Source: Polyangiaceae bacterium (lineage in GTDB: Bacteria; Myxococcota_A; Polyangia; Polyangiales; Polyangiaceae). From it: a stretch of DNA of 64,000 nucleotides. The translations under genes and the position numbers were made by a program. Of this stretch, positions 8,864 through 18,424 are shown in pieces. The notes below the pieces were generated by a model. It saw only the letters and a program-made list of their open reading frames with translations, was not told the origin of the DNA and did not search any database. Position 1 is the stretch's first letter. Each line of letters starts with the position of its first letter. The stretch covers positions 96,001 to 160,000 of the forward strand of contig JBILLK010000009.1 of the NCBI GenBank assembly GCA_044376115.1, given 5' to 3'.

Positions 8864-10023
8864 TGTTCTTTTCGAATCGCACCCTTTGGGTAGAAGCCCC
8901 GGCGATTGGCTCGCCCGAGTGCCCATTCGACTTGACCGAGACCAACCCAACGCGGGCGGGGTTGCTCGAGCCCGCGCGGATGTCCGCCCTTATTCAAGGC
9001 GTAGGACACTATGATCCGTCGCCGTTTGGCGCTCGCTCGGCGCGACTGGCCGTAAGCAGCTACTACCAGCGGCGCGGGCACATCGTGGACCCCGAACGAG
9101 TCGTGCTCTCGGCCTCGACCTCGGAAGCCTACAGCTGGCTGTTCAAGCTGCTGGCCGACCCAGGCGACGTGCTGCTGGTGCCCGAGCCTTCCTACCCTCT
9201 GTTCGACTGTCTGGCGAAGCTCGAAGGGGTGCGCCTTGCGCCCTATGCGCTGCGCAAGGAGGATCACTTCCGGTTGGACGTCGCCGAGCTCTTTCGGCGG
9301 GTTGACGGTGAGCCTGCGATGCGAGGAATCATCGTGGTCGCGCCAAACAACCCGACGGGCACCGTCCTCCACGAGGAGGACGCGGCTTTGCTCGAGCAAG
9401 GCGCCTGCGAGCGTCGAATCCCGCTGATCGTCGATGAGGTGTTCGCGGACTATCTGGACGTGGCGGCCTCGTTGCGGTCTCGGTTGCGCGCCTCCTTCGC
9501 CAGCAGTAGCACGACGCTGACCTTCGTCATGTCCGGCCTCTCCAAGGTCGCCTGTTGTCCTGGCGCCAAGTTGGCCTGGACGATCGTGAACGGGCCGGAC
9601 TCATGGAGAGCCGCGGCTCTCGAACGGTTGGGCGTCGTCGCCGACACCTTCTTGAGCGTCGGTTCGCCGGTGCAGGCGGCGCTGCCGCAGCTGCTCGCGC
9701 AGTCAGATGCGGTGCACGCTGAACTCAACGCTAGGCTGTCGCTCAATCGTGCGGCGCTCAAGCTCGCCTGTGAGCAAACCCGGGGTGCAGCGAGCGTTTT
9801 GCCGTCTCACGGAGGTTGGTCAGCGATCGTCGAACTACCCCGCGTCGTCAGCGAAGCGGAGTGGCAAGCCCGGTTCTCCGCCGCGGGCGTCAAGGTATCG
9901 CCTGGTGCCCTGTTCGACATCCCGGGCGGCCGTTCCCTGGTGCTCAGCCTGATTGTCGAACCAGCGCTGTTCCGCGAGGCTACGCAGCGTATGGTTGCAA
10001 CCATCATCCCGCTGCTGACATGA
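8863..10023 (+). CDS. PLP-dependent class I/II aminotransferase
   Basis: PNNPTG, IVDEVFADY, SGLSK (PLP lysine); ATG overlaps the tadA stop (TGATG). Confidence 0.85.
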   Translation: MFFSNRTLWVEAPAIGSPECPFDLTETNPTRAGLLEPARMSALIQGVGHYDPSPFGARSARLAVSSYYQRRGHIVDPERVVLSASTSEAYSWLFKLLADPGDVLLVPEPSYPLFDCLAKLEGVRLAPYALRKEDHFRLDVAELFRRVDGEPAMRGIIVVAPNNPTGTVLHEEDAALLEQGACERRIPLIVDEVFADYLDVAASLRSRLRASFASSSTTLTFVMSGLSKVACCPGAKLAWTIVNGPDSWRAAALERLGVVADTFLSVGSPVQAALPQLLAQSDAVHAELNARLSLNRAALKLACEQTRGAASVLPSHGGWSAIVELPRVVSEAEWQARFSAAGVKVSPGALFDIPGGRSLVLSLIVEPALFREATQRMVATIIPLLT

Positions 10024-10119
10024 GTCGCGTACGTCAGATGATTCCCACAGTGCATCGGTTCGCTGTCGTCGCTATCCTGCGCGCGACCTTCGGATGCCCC
10101 TACACCTCGGTCGAACCCC

Positions 10120-12318
10120 GTGACGCTTCCGAAAGGTGGAACTCAAACCGGTGCTGATGATCCAACGATCGCCTCTCGGCCCAAAGGCGGGGTCGTGAGC
10201 GGCGGTACAGCTCCGCTGGTGGCTTCGCCGTCAGGAGCCCCGCCGGCTGCTGCGCCCAACTCGGTCCGGCTGTTCGAGGTCATCGGCCGCGGCGGTATGG
10301 GCGAAGTTCACCGTGCTGAGCAGCTGGAGCTCGCGCGTCAGGTTGCCTTCAAGCAGCTCTTGTCTGGCTCGACCGTTCGTCAGCGCGAGCGCTTTGCTCG
10401 CGAGGCGCGGCTCACCGCCCAGCTCGACCATCCAAACATCGTGCCCGTTCACTCGCTCGAGTTGGCCCGCGATGGCTCGCCGAACGGCTACGTGATGAAG
10501 CTGGTCGAAGGCAAAACGCTGCGCACCTTGTTGCAGGAGACGGCGGCGCTCTATGAGAAGGGCCAGCCGATCGATGCTGCCCACTCGCTGCGAACCCACC
10601 TCGAGCACTTCCTGAAGATTTGCGATGCCATGGCCTTTGCGCACGACCGTGGCGTGCTGCACCGCGACCTCAAGCCGCCCAACATCATGATCGGCAAATT
10701 CGGCGAGGTTTACGTCATGGATTGGGGCGTGGCCCGGGCGATGGGGCACGAGGACCCGCTCGATGGTCCAGACGCACAGCAGCTCGCGAGCCCAAGCGTC
10801 GAGCCAGAGCTCACCCAGGCCGGCGAGGTCGTCGGCAGCGCCTCGTATATGTCGCCCGAGCAAGCCGAGGGACGGAACGCCGAGCTCGATGCGCGCGCCG
10901 ATCAATACTCGCTCGGGCTCATCTTGTTCGAGATGCTGACCTTGCGACGGGCGCTCACCGGAGCCTCCAACGACGAGGTCGTGCTCGCGGCAAGCCAAGG
11001 GGACAAGGGCCCGTTCGAGCACGTCTCTCCCAATGTCCACATCCCGGCGGAGCTGCGGGCGATCGTGGACAAGGCAACCGCCTTCGCTCCGAAAGATCGC
11101 TACGTTTCGCTGACGGCGCTAGCCGACGACGTGCGACGTTACCTCGCGGGCGAGGCCGTCTTGGCGCACCGCGAAGGCGTGCTCGGAAAGGTGTTGCGCT
11201 GGATCGGTCGGCATCGGCGAACCACGCTGCTGGCCTTTGCGGCTGTGCTCACGTTGAGCGCCTTGGTCACCAGCTGGGTGCTCTACCGGGAGACGGCGCG
11301 TGAACTGGCTGCGCGAGAGCGCGGCGAAAGAATCACGGCCTTCTCGATCGAGGCCTCGGCGCAAGCCCATCGCATCAACGCCGAATTTCAGCGTATGGAA
11401 GAGGCTCTCGAGGGGCTGCGGACGGCCTCCGAGTGGGCGTTGCTCAGCCCTGAGCCGAGCGGGCCTTCGGCGACGCTCTACTTCGACTCCGATTTCGCGA
11501 ACCCCTCGAGACGCCCGGCCGACTTCACCACGAACACGCGCTATCGCTGGCCCGTCTCGGTGGAGTTCCCGGTCGCTGGCATCGCCCCAACCACGGACCG
11601 CGCCGCCGTCCTACCGAAGTTGCGGCGCATCGCTCCGCTGCGGCACCACCTGCGCTCGATGATCGTCGACGCTGGCCGGGACAGCGATGAGGCGCTCACC
11701 TTGGAGCAGGAGCGGGCGTTCTTGTTGGGGCGCAAGAGTCCGATTGACTACGCCTACGTCAACCTCGCGGAGGGCGTGATCTTCCTCTATCCCGGGATGG
11801 ATTCGCTGCCTCCTGGCTACGACGTTCGCACGGCGAGCTTTTACAAGATGTCGGAGAACAAGCGCGGCAAACGCTGGGGAAGCCCCTATGTTGATTCGAC
11901 GACCGATGAGCTGGGAGATGACCTCGTGCTCCCTTGCACCGCCGGCATGTGGTCTCCAAACGGTGAGTTCCTGGGCGTGGTCGGTGTCGAAATCACCGTC
12001 ACCAAGCTGGTCGAGACCAGTCTCGGCCTGACTACCCGAAGTACGCTGCGCTCAAGCCTCGTGGACGCCACCGGCAAGAAGATCGTGGACTCGTTCGACG
12101 CGGGCAAACGCTTCAAAGCGAGCGGAAAAGACGAATCGATCGAGCTCGCCGAGTTCGATCTGCCCGAGGTGGTGAAGGCCATTCGCGCGGGAGCCGAGGG
12201 CGTACGCGAAGTGCAACGCGACGGCCGCAAAGAGGTGGTCGCCTTCACGCGTCTCTCGGTGCTCGGTTGGTACTACGTGGTCGAGGTCGACGCGGCCTCG
12301 GTCGCGGCTGCACCCTAA
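10120..12318 (+). CDS. Membrane Ser/Thr protein kinase with C-terminal extracytoplasmic dCache-like sensor domain
   Basis: GRGGMGEV, VAFK, HRDLKPPN, DWG, YMSPEQ; one TM helix; YDVRTASFY..WGSPYVD..GEFLGVVGVEI..GWYYVVEV Cache-like motifs. Confidence 0.85.
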   Translation: MTLPKGGTQTGADDPTIASRPKGGVVSGGTAPLVASPSGAPPAAAPNSVRLFEVIGRGGMGEVHRAEQLELARQVAFKQLLSGSTVRQRERFAREARLTAQLDHPNIVPVHSLELARDGSPNGYVMKLVEGKTLRTLLQETAALYEKGQPIDAAHSLRTHLEHFLKICDAMAFAHDRGVLHRDLKPPNIMIGKFGEVYVMDWGVARAMGHEDPLDGPDAQQLASPSVEPELTQAGEVVGSASYMSPEQAEGRNAELDARADQYSLGLILFEMLTLRRALTGASNDEVVLAASQGDKGPFEHVSPNVHIPAELRAIVDKATAFAPKDRYVSLTALADDVRRYLAGEAVLAHREGVLGKVLRWIGRHRRTTLLAFAAVLTLSALVTSWVLYRETARELAARERGERITAFSIEASAQAHRINAEFQRMEEALEGLRTASEWALLSPEPSGPSATLYFDSDFANPSRRPADFTTNTRYRWPVSVEFPVAGIAPTTDRAAVLPKLRRIAPLRHHLRSMIVDAGRDSDEALTLEQERAFLLGRKSPIDYAYVNLAEGVIFLYPGMDSLPPGYDVRTASFYKMSENKRGKRWGSPYVDSTTDELGDDLVLPCTAGMWSPNGEFLGVVGVEITVTKLVETSLGLTTRSTLRSSLVDATGKKIVDSFDAGKRFKASGKDESIELAEFDLPEVVKAIRAGAEGVREVQRDGRKEVVAFTRLSVLGWYYVVEVDAASVAAAP

Positions 12319-12472
12319 GCGGTTCCTGGTGGAGCGCGCCGTGCCCTGAGCACGGCCCAGCTCTCCTCGTTGTTGCGTTGCGGTGTCGATCTGAGCCTTT
12401 CATTGGCTTGATCCATTGGCGCTGGACAGGCATTATGTTGCGGTGCACAATGAAGCCAATGGGTCTCCCGTC

Positions 12473-13744
12473 ATGATGTATCGCCTGTACGAGCTTCAGC
12501 GAAGTTGGCTGGACCCGCTTTCGCACTTTGCGGATGCGTCCGCCCGCGCGCTCGCCTCGAAGGAGAACCCGCTCTCGTGGCACCCAGCCGTGCGGCTCGC
12601 AAGTGCCGGCCACGCGCTGGTTCATCGCGTCACCAAGCGCTACGAGAAACCGAACTTTGGGATCACCGAGGTGGAGGCGGGGGGCGCGCGTGTTGCCGTC
12701 TCGGAGGTGGTGAAGATCGCTGAGCCGTTCTGCAAGCTCGTGCGATTTCAGCGCTGCAGTGATGACCCGGCCGTGATGCGCGCCCTCGCGGAACAGCCCA
12801 AAGTGCTGCTTTGCGCGCCGCTCTCGGGGCACCACTCGACGCTGCTTCGCGACACGGTGCGCTCGCTGCTCGCCGATCACGAGGTGTACGTCACCGACTG
12901 GGTGGACGCGCGCGACGTGCCGCTGTCGAAGGGCGTCTTCCACTTGGACGACTACGTCCACACGGTGATGCGCTTCATTCGTTCGTTGGGGGCGGCGCAG
13001 CTGCACGTGGTCTCGGTGTGCCAACCGACCGTGCCGGTGCTCGCGGCGGTCTCGCTCATGGCGCAAGCGGGCGAGAAGACCCCGCTTTCCCTCACGCTGA
13101 TGGGGGGCCCGATCAACGCACAGGTGAGCCCGACCGAGGTCAATCGTCTTGCAGTGCAACATTCCTACGAGTGGTTCGAGAAGCGGATGATCCATGTGAC
13201 GCCGCCGGGGTACGCCGGCGCCGGGCGGCGCGTTTATCCAGGGTTTCTTCAGCTTTCGGCCTTCGTCGCGATGAACCCCAAGCACCATTTGAAGTCGTAC
13301 CTGCGTTACTGGGTGGACTCCCTCCGAGGAAGCTCTGGTGAGTCCGCGCGCGCCGTCCACGAGCAGTTCTACGATGAGTACAACGCCGTCCTCGACATGG
13401 ACGCGCCCTACTACTTGGAGACGGTGAAGGTCGTCTTCCAAGAGTTCCGTTTGGCGAACGGCACGTGGGACGTCAAAGGCACCCGCGTACGCCCAGCAGC
13501 CATCGAGACGACCGCGATCTTCACCGTGGAAGGGGAGGAGGACGACATCTCGGGGCTTGGGCAGACCGAGTTCGCCCATCAACTTTGCACTGGGGTGCCC
13601 GCCGAGAAGCACAAGCATCACGTCGCTCCAGAATGCGGGCACTACGGCATCTTCTCGGGGCGGCGTTGGCGCGAGAGCATCTACCCCGTGCTGCGAGACT
13701 TCATCCGCGATTCGAACCAAGAGGTGGTCCATGTTCAGCGGTAA
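12473..13744 (+). CDS. phaZ: Intracellular PHB depolymerase
   Basis: APLSGHHSTLLRDTV, VYVTDW, VSVCQP (catalytic Cys), GRRVYPGFLQL, FYDEYNAV, EGEEDDISG, GHYGIFSG. Confidence 0.92.
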   Translation: MMYRLYELQRSWLDPLSHFADASARALASKENPLSWHPAVRLASAGHALVHRVTKRYEKPNFGITEVEAGGARVAVSEVVKIAEPFCKLVRFQRCSDDPAVMRALAEQPKVLLCAPLSGHHSTLLRDTVRSLLADHEVYVTDWVDARDVPLSKGVFHLDDYVHTVMRFIRSLGAAQLHVVSVCQPTVPVLAAVSLMAQAGEKTPLSLTLMGGPINAQVSPTEVNRLAVQHSYEWFEKRMIHVTPPGYAGAGRRVYPGFLQLSAFVAMNPKHHLKSYLRYWVDSLRGSSGESARAVHEQFYDEYNAVLDMDAPYYLETVKVVFQEFRLANGTWDVKGTRVRPAAIETTAIFTVEGEEDDISGLGQTEFAHQLCTGVPAEKHKHHVAPECGHYGIFSGRRWRESIYPVLRDFIRDSNQEVVHVQR

Positions 13745-14510
13745 GACGGCGCTCGTTACGGGCTCCACGAGCGGAATCGGCTTTGCGATCGCCAAGACGT
13801 TGGCCGCGCGTGGCGCCAACGTGGTGATGAACGGCTTCGGCGACGTTCAAGGTTCGAAGGCTGAAGTCGAGGGGGTGAAGCAGTCAGCTGCGCGCGTCGG
13901 TTATCACGGCGCGGACATGAGTTCCGCCAGCCAGATCGAGGCGCTCATGCATTACGTCGCTGAAGAGTTCGGCGGCGCCGATATCTTGATCAACAACGCC
14001 GGCATTCAACACGTGGCGAACGTCGAGGACTTCCCAGTGGATAAGTGGGATTCCATCTTGGCGATCAATCTGACCTCGGCCTTCCACACCACCCGGCTTG
14101 CCTTGCCGTCGATGAAGAAGAAGGACTTCGGTCGCATCGTCAACGTCGCTTCGGTTCACGGCTTGGTGGGGTCCGCGCAGAAGTCGGCCTACGTCGCTGC
14201 GAAACACGGCCTCTTGGGGCTGACGAAGGTTACTGCGTTGGAGACCGCGCGGACAGGCGTTACCTGCAACGCGATTTGCCCGGGCTGGGTGCTTACGCCG
14301 CTGGTGGAGAAGCAGGTCGAGGCGCGTGCCACCAAGGACAGCGTCGGAACAGCCGAGGCCACGGTGTCGTTGCTATCGGAGAAGCAACCGTCGAGCGCCT
14401 TCGTGTCGACGCAGCAGTTGGCCGACATGGTTGGGTTTCTTTGCAGCGATGCTGCGGCGCAAGTGCGCGGTGCGACCTGGACGATGGACGGCGGCTGGAC
14501 GGCGCAATAA
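13731..14510 (+). CDS. bdhA: D-3-hydroxybutyrate dehydrogenase
   Basis: TGSTSGIG, NNAGIQHV, ASVHGLV, KSAYVAAKHG, ICPGWVLTPLV, DGGWTAQ; overlaps the phaZ end. Confidence 0.92.
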   Translation: MFSGKTALVTGSTSGIGFAIAKTLAARGANVVMNGFGDVQGSKAEVEGVKQSAARVGYHGADMSSASQIEALMHYVAEEFGGADILINNAGIQHVANVEDFPVDKWDSILAINLTSAFHTTRLALPSMKKKDFGRIVNVASVHGLVGSAQKSAYVAAKHGLLGLTKVTALETARTGVTCNAICPGWVLTPLVEKQVEARATKDSVGTAEATVSLLSEKQPSSAFVSTQQLADMVGFLCSDAAAQVRGATWTMDGGWTAQ

Positions 14511-14606
14511 GCGCACGTCGCGCAACCCCTGCGTATGAAGTTGAGAAGCGCTATCAGCAGGCGCTTCTGCTTGCTTCAGCTCACTGTGGTGGGAAGAGTG
14601 TCGACC

Positions 14607-15506
14607 ATGTTCACCGTTGTGCGTCGCAGCGTGGTCTGCTTGGTGCTTCTCGGCTGTGCTGACTCGGGGACGGGCGAGGGCGGAGCTGGAGGCACTGGCG
14701 CTAGCGACGGCGTCGCGCTGCCGTGCGACGTGGCTGACATCGTTCAGGCGCGTTGTGCGAGCTGCCACGGCAATCCTCCCTCGTCGTCTGCTCCTCAGTC
14801 GTTGCTGACGGTTGCAGAGTGGAAGGCGCCGTCCCCGACCTATTCTGAACTCTCGAACGGCGAACTATCGGTTGAGCGGATGAAGAACGCCCTACGTCCG
14901 ATGCCGCCATCGGGGCTCGTTGCTGCGGAGGAGTTGGCGGTGATCGAGGCCTGGGTGAACGGCGGCATGCAAGGTGGTGAGTGTGAGCCGCAGACCGTTG
15001 AAGACCCGATCCTCAACGCCGATCCAGTTTGCACCAGCATGGATTTCTGGCCCGCGGGAGAGGACGAGAAGCCCGGCAAAACGCGCGAGGAGATGTTCCC
15101 CGGGATGCCCTGCCTCGATTGTCACCAGAACCCCGCGAAGTACAACATGGACGAGGGCGCAGATGAGGTCTTCTCGATTGCCGGGACGATCTTCCCGAGT
15201 GGCCACGAGCCCGACCTCTGCGCTGGCCTCGATGGTGACAGCGTCACCGACGTACTGATTCGGATCGAGGACGCGAACGGCAACGTCTTCGACTTAAAGC
15301 CGAATGCGGCTGGTAACTTCCTGCGCAAAGCGAGCGTGGCCATGCCTTATGCGGCCAAGGTCGTGAGCGCGAGCGGCGAGCGCGCCATGAGCTACAAGCC
15401 TTCAACGGGCGACTGCAACCTCTGTCACACAGCAGAAGGCTCGAACGGTGGGGACCCGAACTCGGCGGTGGCGCCGGGCCGAATCGTGGTGCCGCTCGCG
15501 CCCTGA
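14607..15506 (+). CDS. Tri-heme c-type cytochrome lipoprotein
   Basis: Lipobox LLGC; three CxxCH motifs (CASCH, CLDCH, CNLCH). Confidence 0.75.
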   Translation: MFTVVRRSVVCLVLLGCADSGTGEGGAGGTGASDGVALPCDVADIVQARCASCHGNPPSSSAPQSLLTVAEWKAPSPTYSELSNGELSVERMKNALRPMPPSGLVAAEELAVIEAWVNGGMQGGECEPQTVEDPILNADPVCTSMDFWPAGEDEKPGKTREEMFPGMPCLDCHQNPAKYNMDEGADEVFSIAGTIFPSGHEPDLCAGLDGDSVTDVLIRIEDANGNVFDLKPNAAGNFLRKASVAMPYAAKVVSASGERAMSYKPSTGDCNLCHTAEGSNGGDPNSAVAPGRIVVPLAP

Positions 15507-15517
15507 AAGTCGGCAGC

Positions 15518-17122
15518 TCAGTCGCGCACCACGACGCGTGTCGGTGGTCCGCGATCCTCGGTTGAACGAACCCCGTGCCAGTCTTTCGGCAGCGGTGGAT
15601 CCGTCCATTCGAATACCCACTTCGAGTCTTTGGGCGAGAGGTTGACGCAACCGCCGCTCTTCAGCTCACCAAAGGCGTCATGCCAATAGGCGCCGTGCAG
15701 CGCGTGAGGACCGTGGAAGTTCTGCACGTACTGCACCTCGGAGTGCACGATGTTCGAATCGCTGCTCGATACCATGGTGGCCCAGCGAAACTTGCCATCG
15801 ACGCGAAAAGTGCCAGTCGGAGTCGAGGCCGTCGAGACAGGATCGCGACCGGGGATGGGCGTTCCGCCGCGGCCAGGCGAGATCAGCGTAGCAAACACTG
15901 GCGTCTCGTTCTCGTACGCGACGAGCGTCCCACCGAACACCGACACGTCGAGCCAGGTTTTGCGGGTCTGCACCGCTTCGGTCTTTTTGTAAGGTACTTC
16001 AGCGCGTTTCCGCGCGATCGCAGCGTCCGCTTCGCGCAGCCACAGGTCCGAGTCGCGCACCTTGAGATAGGCGATCGTTTCGTGGACCTTGCGCTCCTCC
16101 GAAAGCATCACGTGCGACAGCCGGGGAAAGCTCGTACCTGTCTCTTGGAACGTCTCTCCGATCCAGCGGTATTGCGGACGATCCTTCTTTCGGATGAAGG
16201 CGATCGGAAGTTGGATTTTCTCGCTGAGTACAACCCCCTCAAATTCGGAACGCGGGTAGGGCCGTACGCGGTCTTTGGGCACCCAGGCGTGGTCGCTGGT
16301 GTAGAGCCAGGTCCGCCCATTGGCGTCGTCATAAGCCTTCGACCATGCCACGGTGGAACCGCGGATCACCCGGGGGCGCGCCTCCCGCACCAAGCCGCCG
16401 AACGAGGGCAGGCTGGGTAGCGACACTCCGGCAGGCTTCAAGTCTAGCAACGCGTAAAGCGGGTCACTCGCGTCGGACTTCGCCTCACGCAGCGCAGCGA
16501 TCTTGGTTTGATGCTGTTCGAAGTCCCACTCCTGTTTGCGTTGTTGAGCGAGCGAGGGTGGTTGCTCAAAACGCGGAGTGCCCAACGATTCGCCGTAGTC
16601 GTAGGGGAAGGGGTTGTTTTCGAGGCCAGCGTGGGTGCGTAGCGCGACGTATTCGGGGTCGTTGGGATCGAGCGTAGTCTCTGCGCCCAGACAGACGTAG
16701 CCGTCGGGCTCGACGCGGTACCATTCTTGGCAGCCGGGTCCGATCATCTTCGCCGTCTCGCGTGAGCCGCCATACAAACGAACCGAGCCGCCAAGCGTCA
16801 GGTAACCAACCCAACCTCGACCGCTTTGCGGCGCTCGTTGAATCCACACGAAGCGAGCTTTGGCGTAGATGCGGTCTCCCGCCTCGGCAGGAGCTGGTTC
16901 CGCCGCTGGGGCTGCGCTTGCGGCCGGGACGGCTTTCGCCGAGATCGACGCGGATGCGCTGACCACAGCCGTGGGGAGCGACGCACTCGACGAGGCCGCT
17001 TCACGGCTGGAGGGAGCGTCTCCTGGCGGATTCTCCGAGCCGCGCTCGGCCTCGCTAGCGCAGGCGGTCGCGAGCGCGCCGATCGCCAGCCAGAATCGGA
17101 AGAGGGGCCTCAAACTGCTCAT
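15518..17122 (-). CDS. L,D-transpeptidase (YkuD domain) lipoprotein
   Basis: Lipobox-like LATAC; TPTGTFRV, ALHGAYWH, SGGCVNL catalytic motif. Confidence 0.88.
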   Translation of the reverse strand: MSSLRPLFRFWLAIGALATACASEAERGSENPPGDAPSSREAASSSASLPTAVVSASASISAKAVPAASAAPAAEPAPAEAGDRIYAKARFVWIQRAPQSGRGWVGYLTLGGSVRLYGGSRETAKMIGPGCQEWYRVEPDGYVCLGAETTLDPNDPEYVALRTHAGLENNPFPYDYGESLGTPRFEQPPSLAQQRKQEWDFEQHQTKIAALREAKSDASDPLYALLDLKPAGVSLPSLPSFGGLVREARPRVIRGSTVAWSKAYDDANGRTWLYTSDHAWVPKDRVRPYPRSEFEGVVLSEKIQLPIAFIRKKDRPQYRWIGETFQETGTSFPRLSHVMLSEERKVHETIAYLKVRDSDLWLREADAAIARKRAEVPYKKTEAVQTRKTWLDVSVFGGTLVAYENETPVFATLISPGRGGTPIPGRDPVSTASTPTGTFRVDGKFRWATMVSSSDSNIVHSEVQYVQNFHGPHALHGAYWHDAFGELKSGGCVNLSPKDSKWVFEWTDPPLPKDWHGVRSTEDRGPPTRVVVRD

Positions 17123-17238
17123 GTTCGCGCTTGCCGGCCCCAGCATGGCACGCCAGCCCAACGAACCCAAGTTGCCCGCGAACGCAAACAGCGGATGAGC
17201 ATTGATCCACGGCCAGGTCTTTGGGAGAACACACCGAC

Positions 17239-18387
17239 ATGGACTTCGAGCTGAGCGACACCCAGGCCCTGGTTCGGGACACGACCCGCGACTTCGTTCA
17301 AAAGCGGCTGATGCCGGTCGCCGCCGAGCTCGATCAGAAAGAGCGCTTTCCGGCCGCTGAACTCAAGGCCCTCGCCGAACTCGGCATGATGGGGGTCAAT
17401 ATCCCGGAAGAGTTGGGGGGCTCTGCTGCCGGTGTGGTTGCCTATTCGCTCGCGATGACGGAGGTCGCGCGGGGCTGCGCTTCGACGGCCGTAACCATGG
17501 CGGTGACCAACATGGTCGGCGAAGTGATCGCTGCCTTCGGAAGCGAAGAACAACGCAGCAAATACGTGCCGAAGCTGACCTCAGGCGAATACGTCGCGGG
17601 CTCTTTTGCACTGAGTGAACCGGAGGCGGGGAGTGACCCCGGTTCGATGCGAACCACTGCGCGCCGCGATGGTGATTACTTCGTGCTCGACGGGCCCAAG
17701 CAGTGGATCACCAGCGGCGCGCACGCCGGCGTTTTCGTGGTGTGGGCGCGCACCGGAGAACAGTCTGCGGGTACGCGAGCGATCAGCTGTTTCCTGGTCG
17801 AGGGAGGTACGCCCGGCCTACGCATCGGCAAACACGAAGACAAGATGGGCATCCGCGCATCCAACACGGTCGCGCTCAGCTTCGAAGGTGTACGCATTCC
17901 CGCCTCCGCTCTGCTCGGTGAGTTGAACGGTGGTTTCAAGATCGCGATGATGGCGCTCGACGGTGGGCGCATCGGGATCGCCAGCCAAGCGATCGGTATC
18001 GCCACCGCTGCACTCGAGGAAGCCACCGCATACGCCAAAGACCGGCGTCAGTTTGGCCGACCGATCGGCGACTTCCAGGGCATTCAATGGCAACTCGCAG
18101 ATTGTAAGACCGAGCTCGAGGCGGCCCGCGTCCTCGTGCTACGCGCGGCTTGGTTGAAAGAAAACGGCAGGCCTTTTTCGAAGGAGGCGGCGATGGCAAA
18201 GCTGTACGCCAGCGAGGCCTCCAATCGCATCGTGGACCGCTGTCTGCAGATTCACGGTGGCTACGGCTACGTGAAGGAGTTCCCAATCGAGCGGCACTAT
18301 CGCGACGCGCGCGTCACCCGTATCTACGAGGGGACGAGCGAGGTGCAGCGGGTCGTAATTGCGCGCCAGGTCACCGCTGCCAAGTGA
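17239..18387 (+). CDS. Acyl-CoA dehydrogenase
   Basis: FALSEPEAGSD, KQWITSG, GRIGIA, QIHGGYGY, IYEGTSEVQR. Confidence 0.93.
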   Translation: MDFELSDTQALVRDTTRDFVQKRLMPVAAELDQKERFPAAELKALAELGMMGVNIPEELGGSAAGVVAYSLAMTEVARGCASTAVTMAVTNMVGEVIAAFGSEEQRSKYVPKLTSGEYVAGSFALSEPEAGSDPGSMRTTARRDGDYFVLDGPKQWITSGAHAGVFVVWARTGEQSAGTRAISCFLVEGGTPGLRIGKHEDKMGIRASNTVALSFEGVRIPASALLGELNGGFKIAMMALDGGRIGIASQAIGIATAALEEATAYAKDRRQFGRPIGDFQGIQWQLADCKTELEAARVLVLRAAWLKENGRPFSKEAAMAKLYASEASNRIVDRCLQIHGGYGYVKEFPIERHYRDARVTRIYEGTSEVQRVVIARQVTAAK

Positions 18388-18424
18388 GTGACAAGTCGGC
18401 GGCAGCGAGCTTCAGGAGCATCTC

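Noticed and set aside
12245..13819. 524-aa minus-strand ORF
   Set aside because: Antisense to phaZ, with no recognisable domain.
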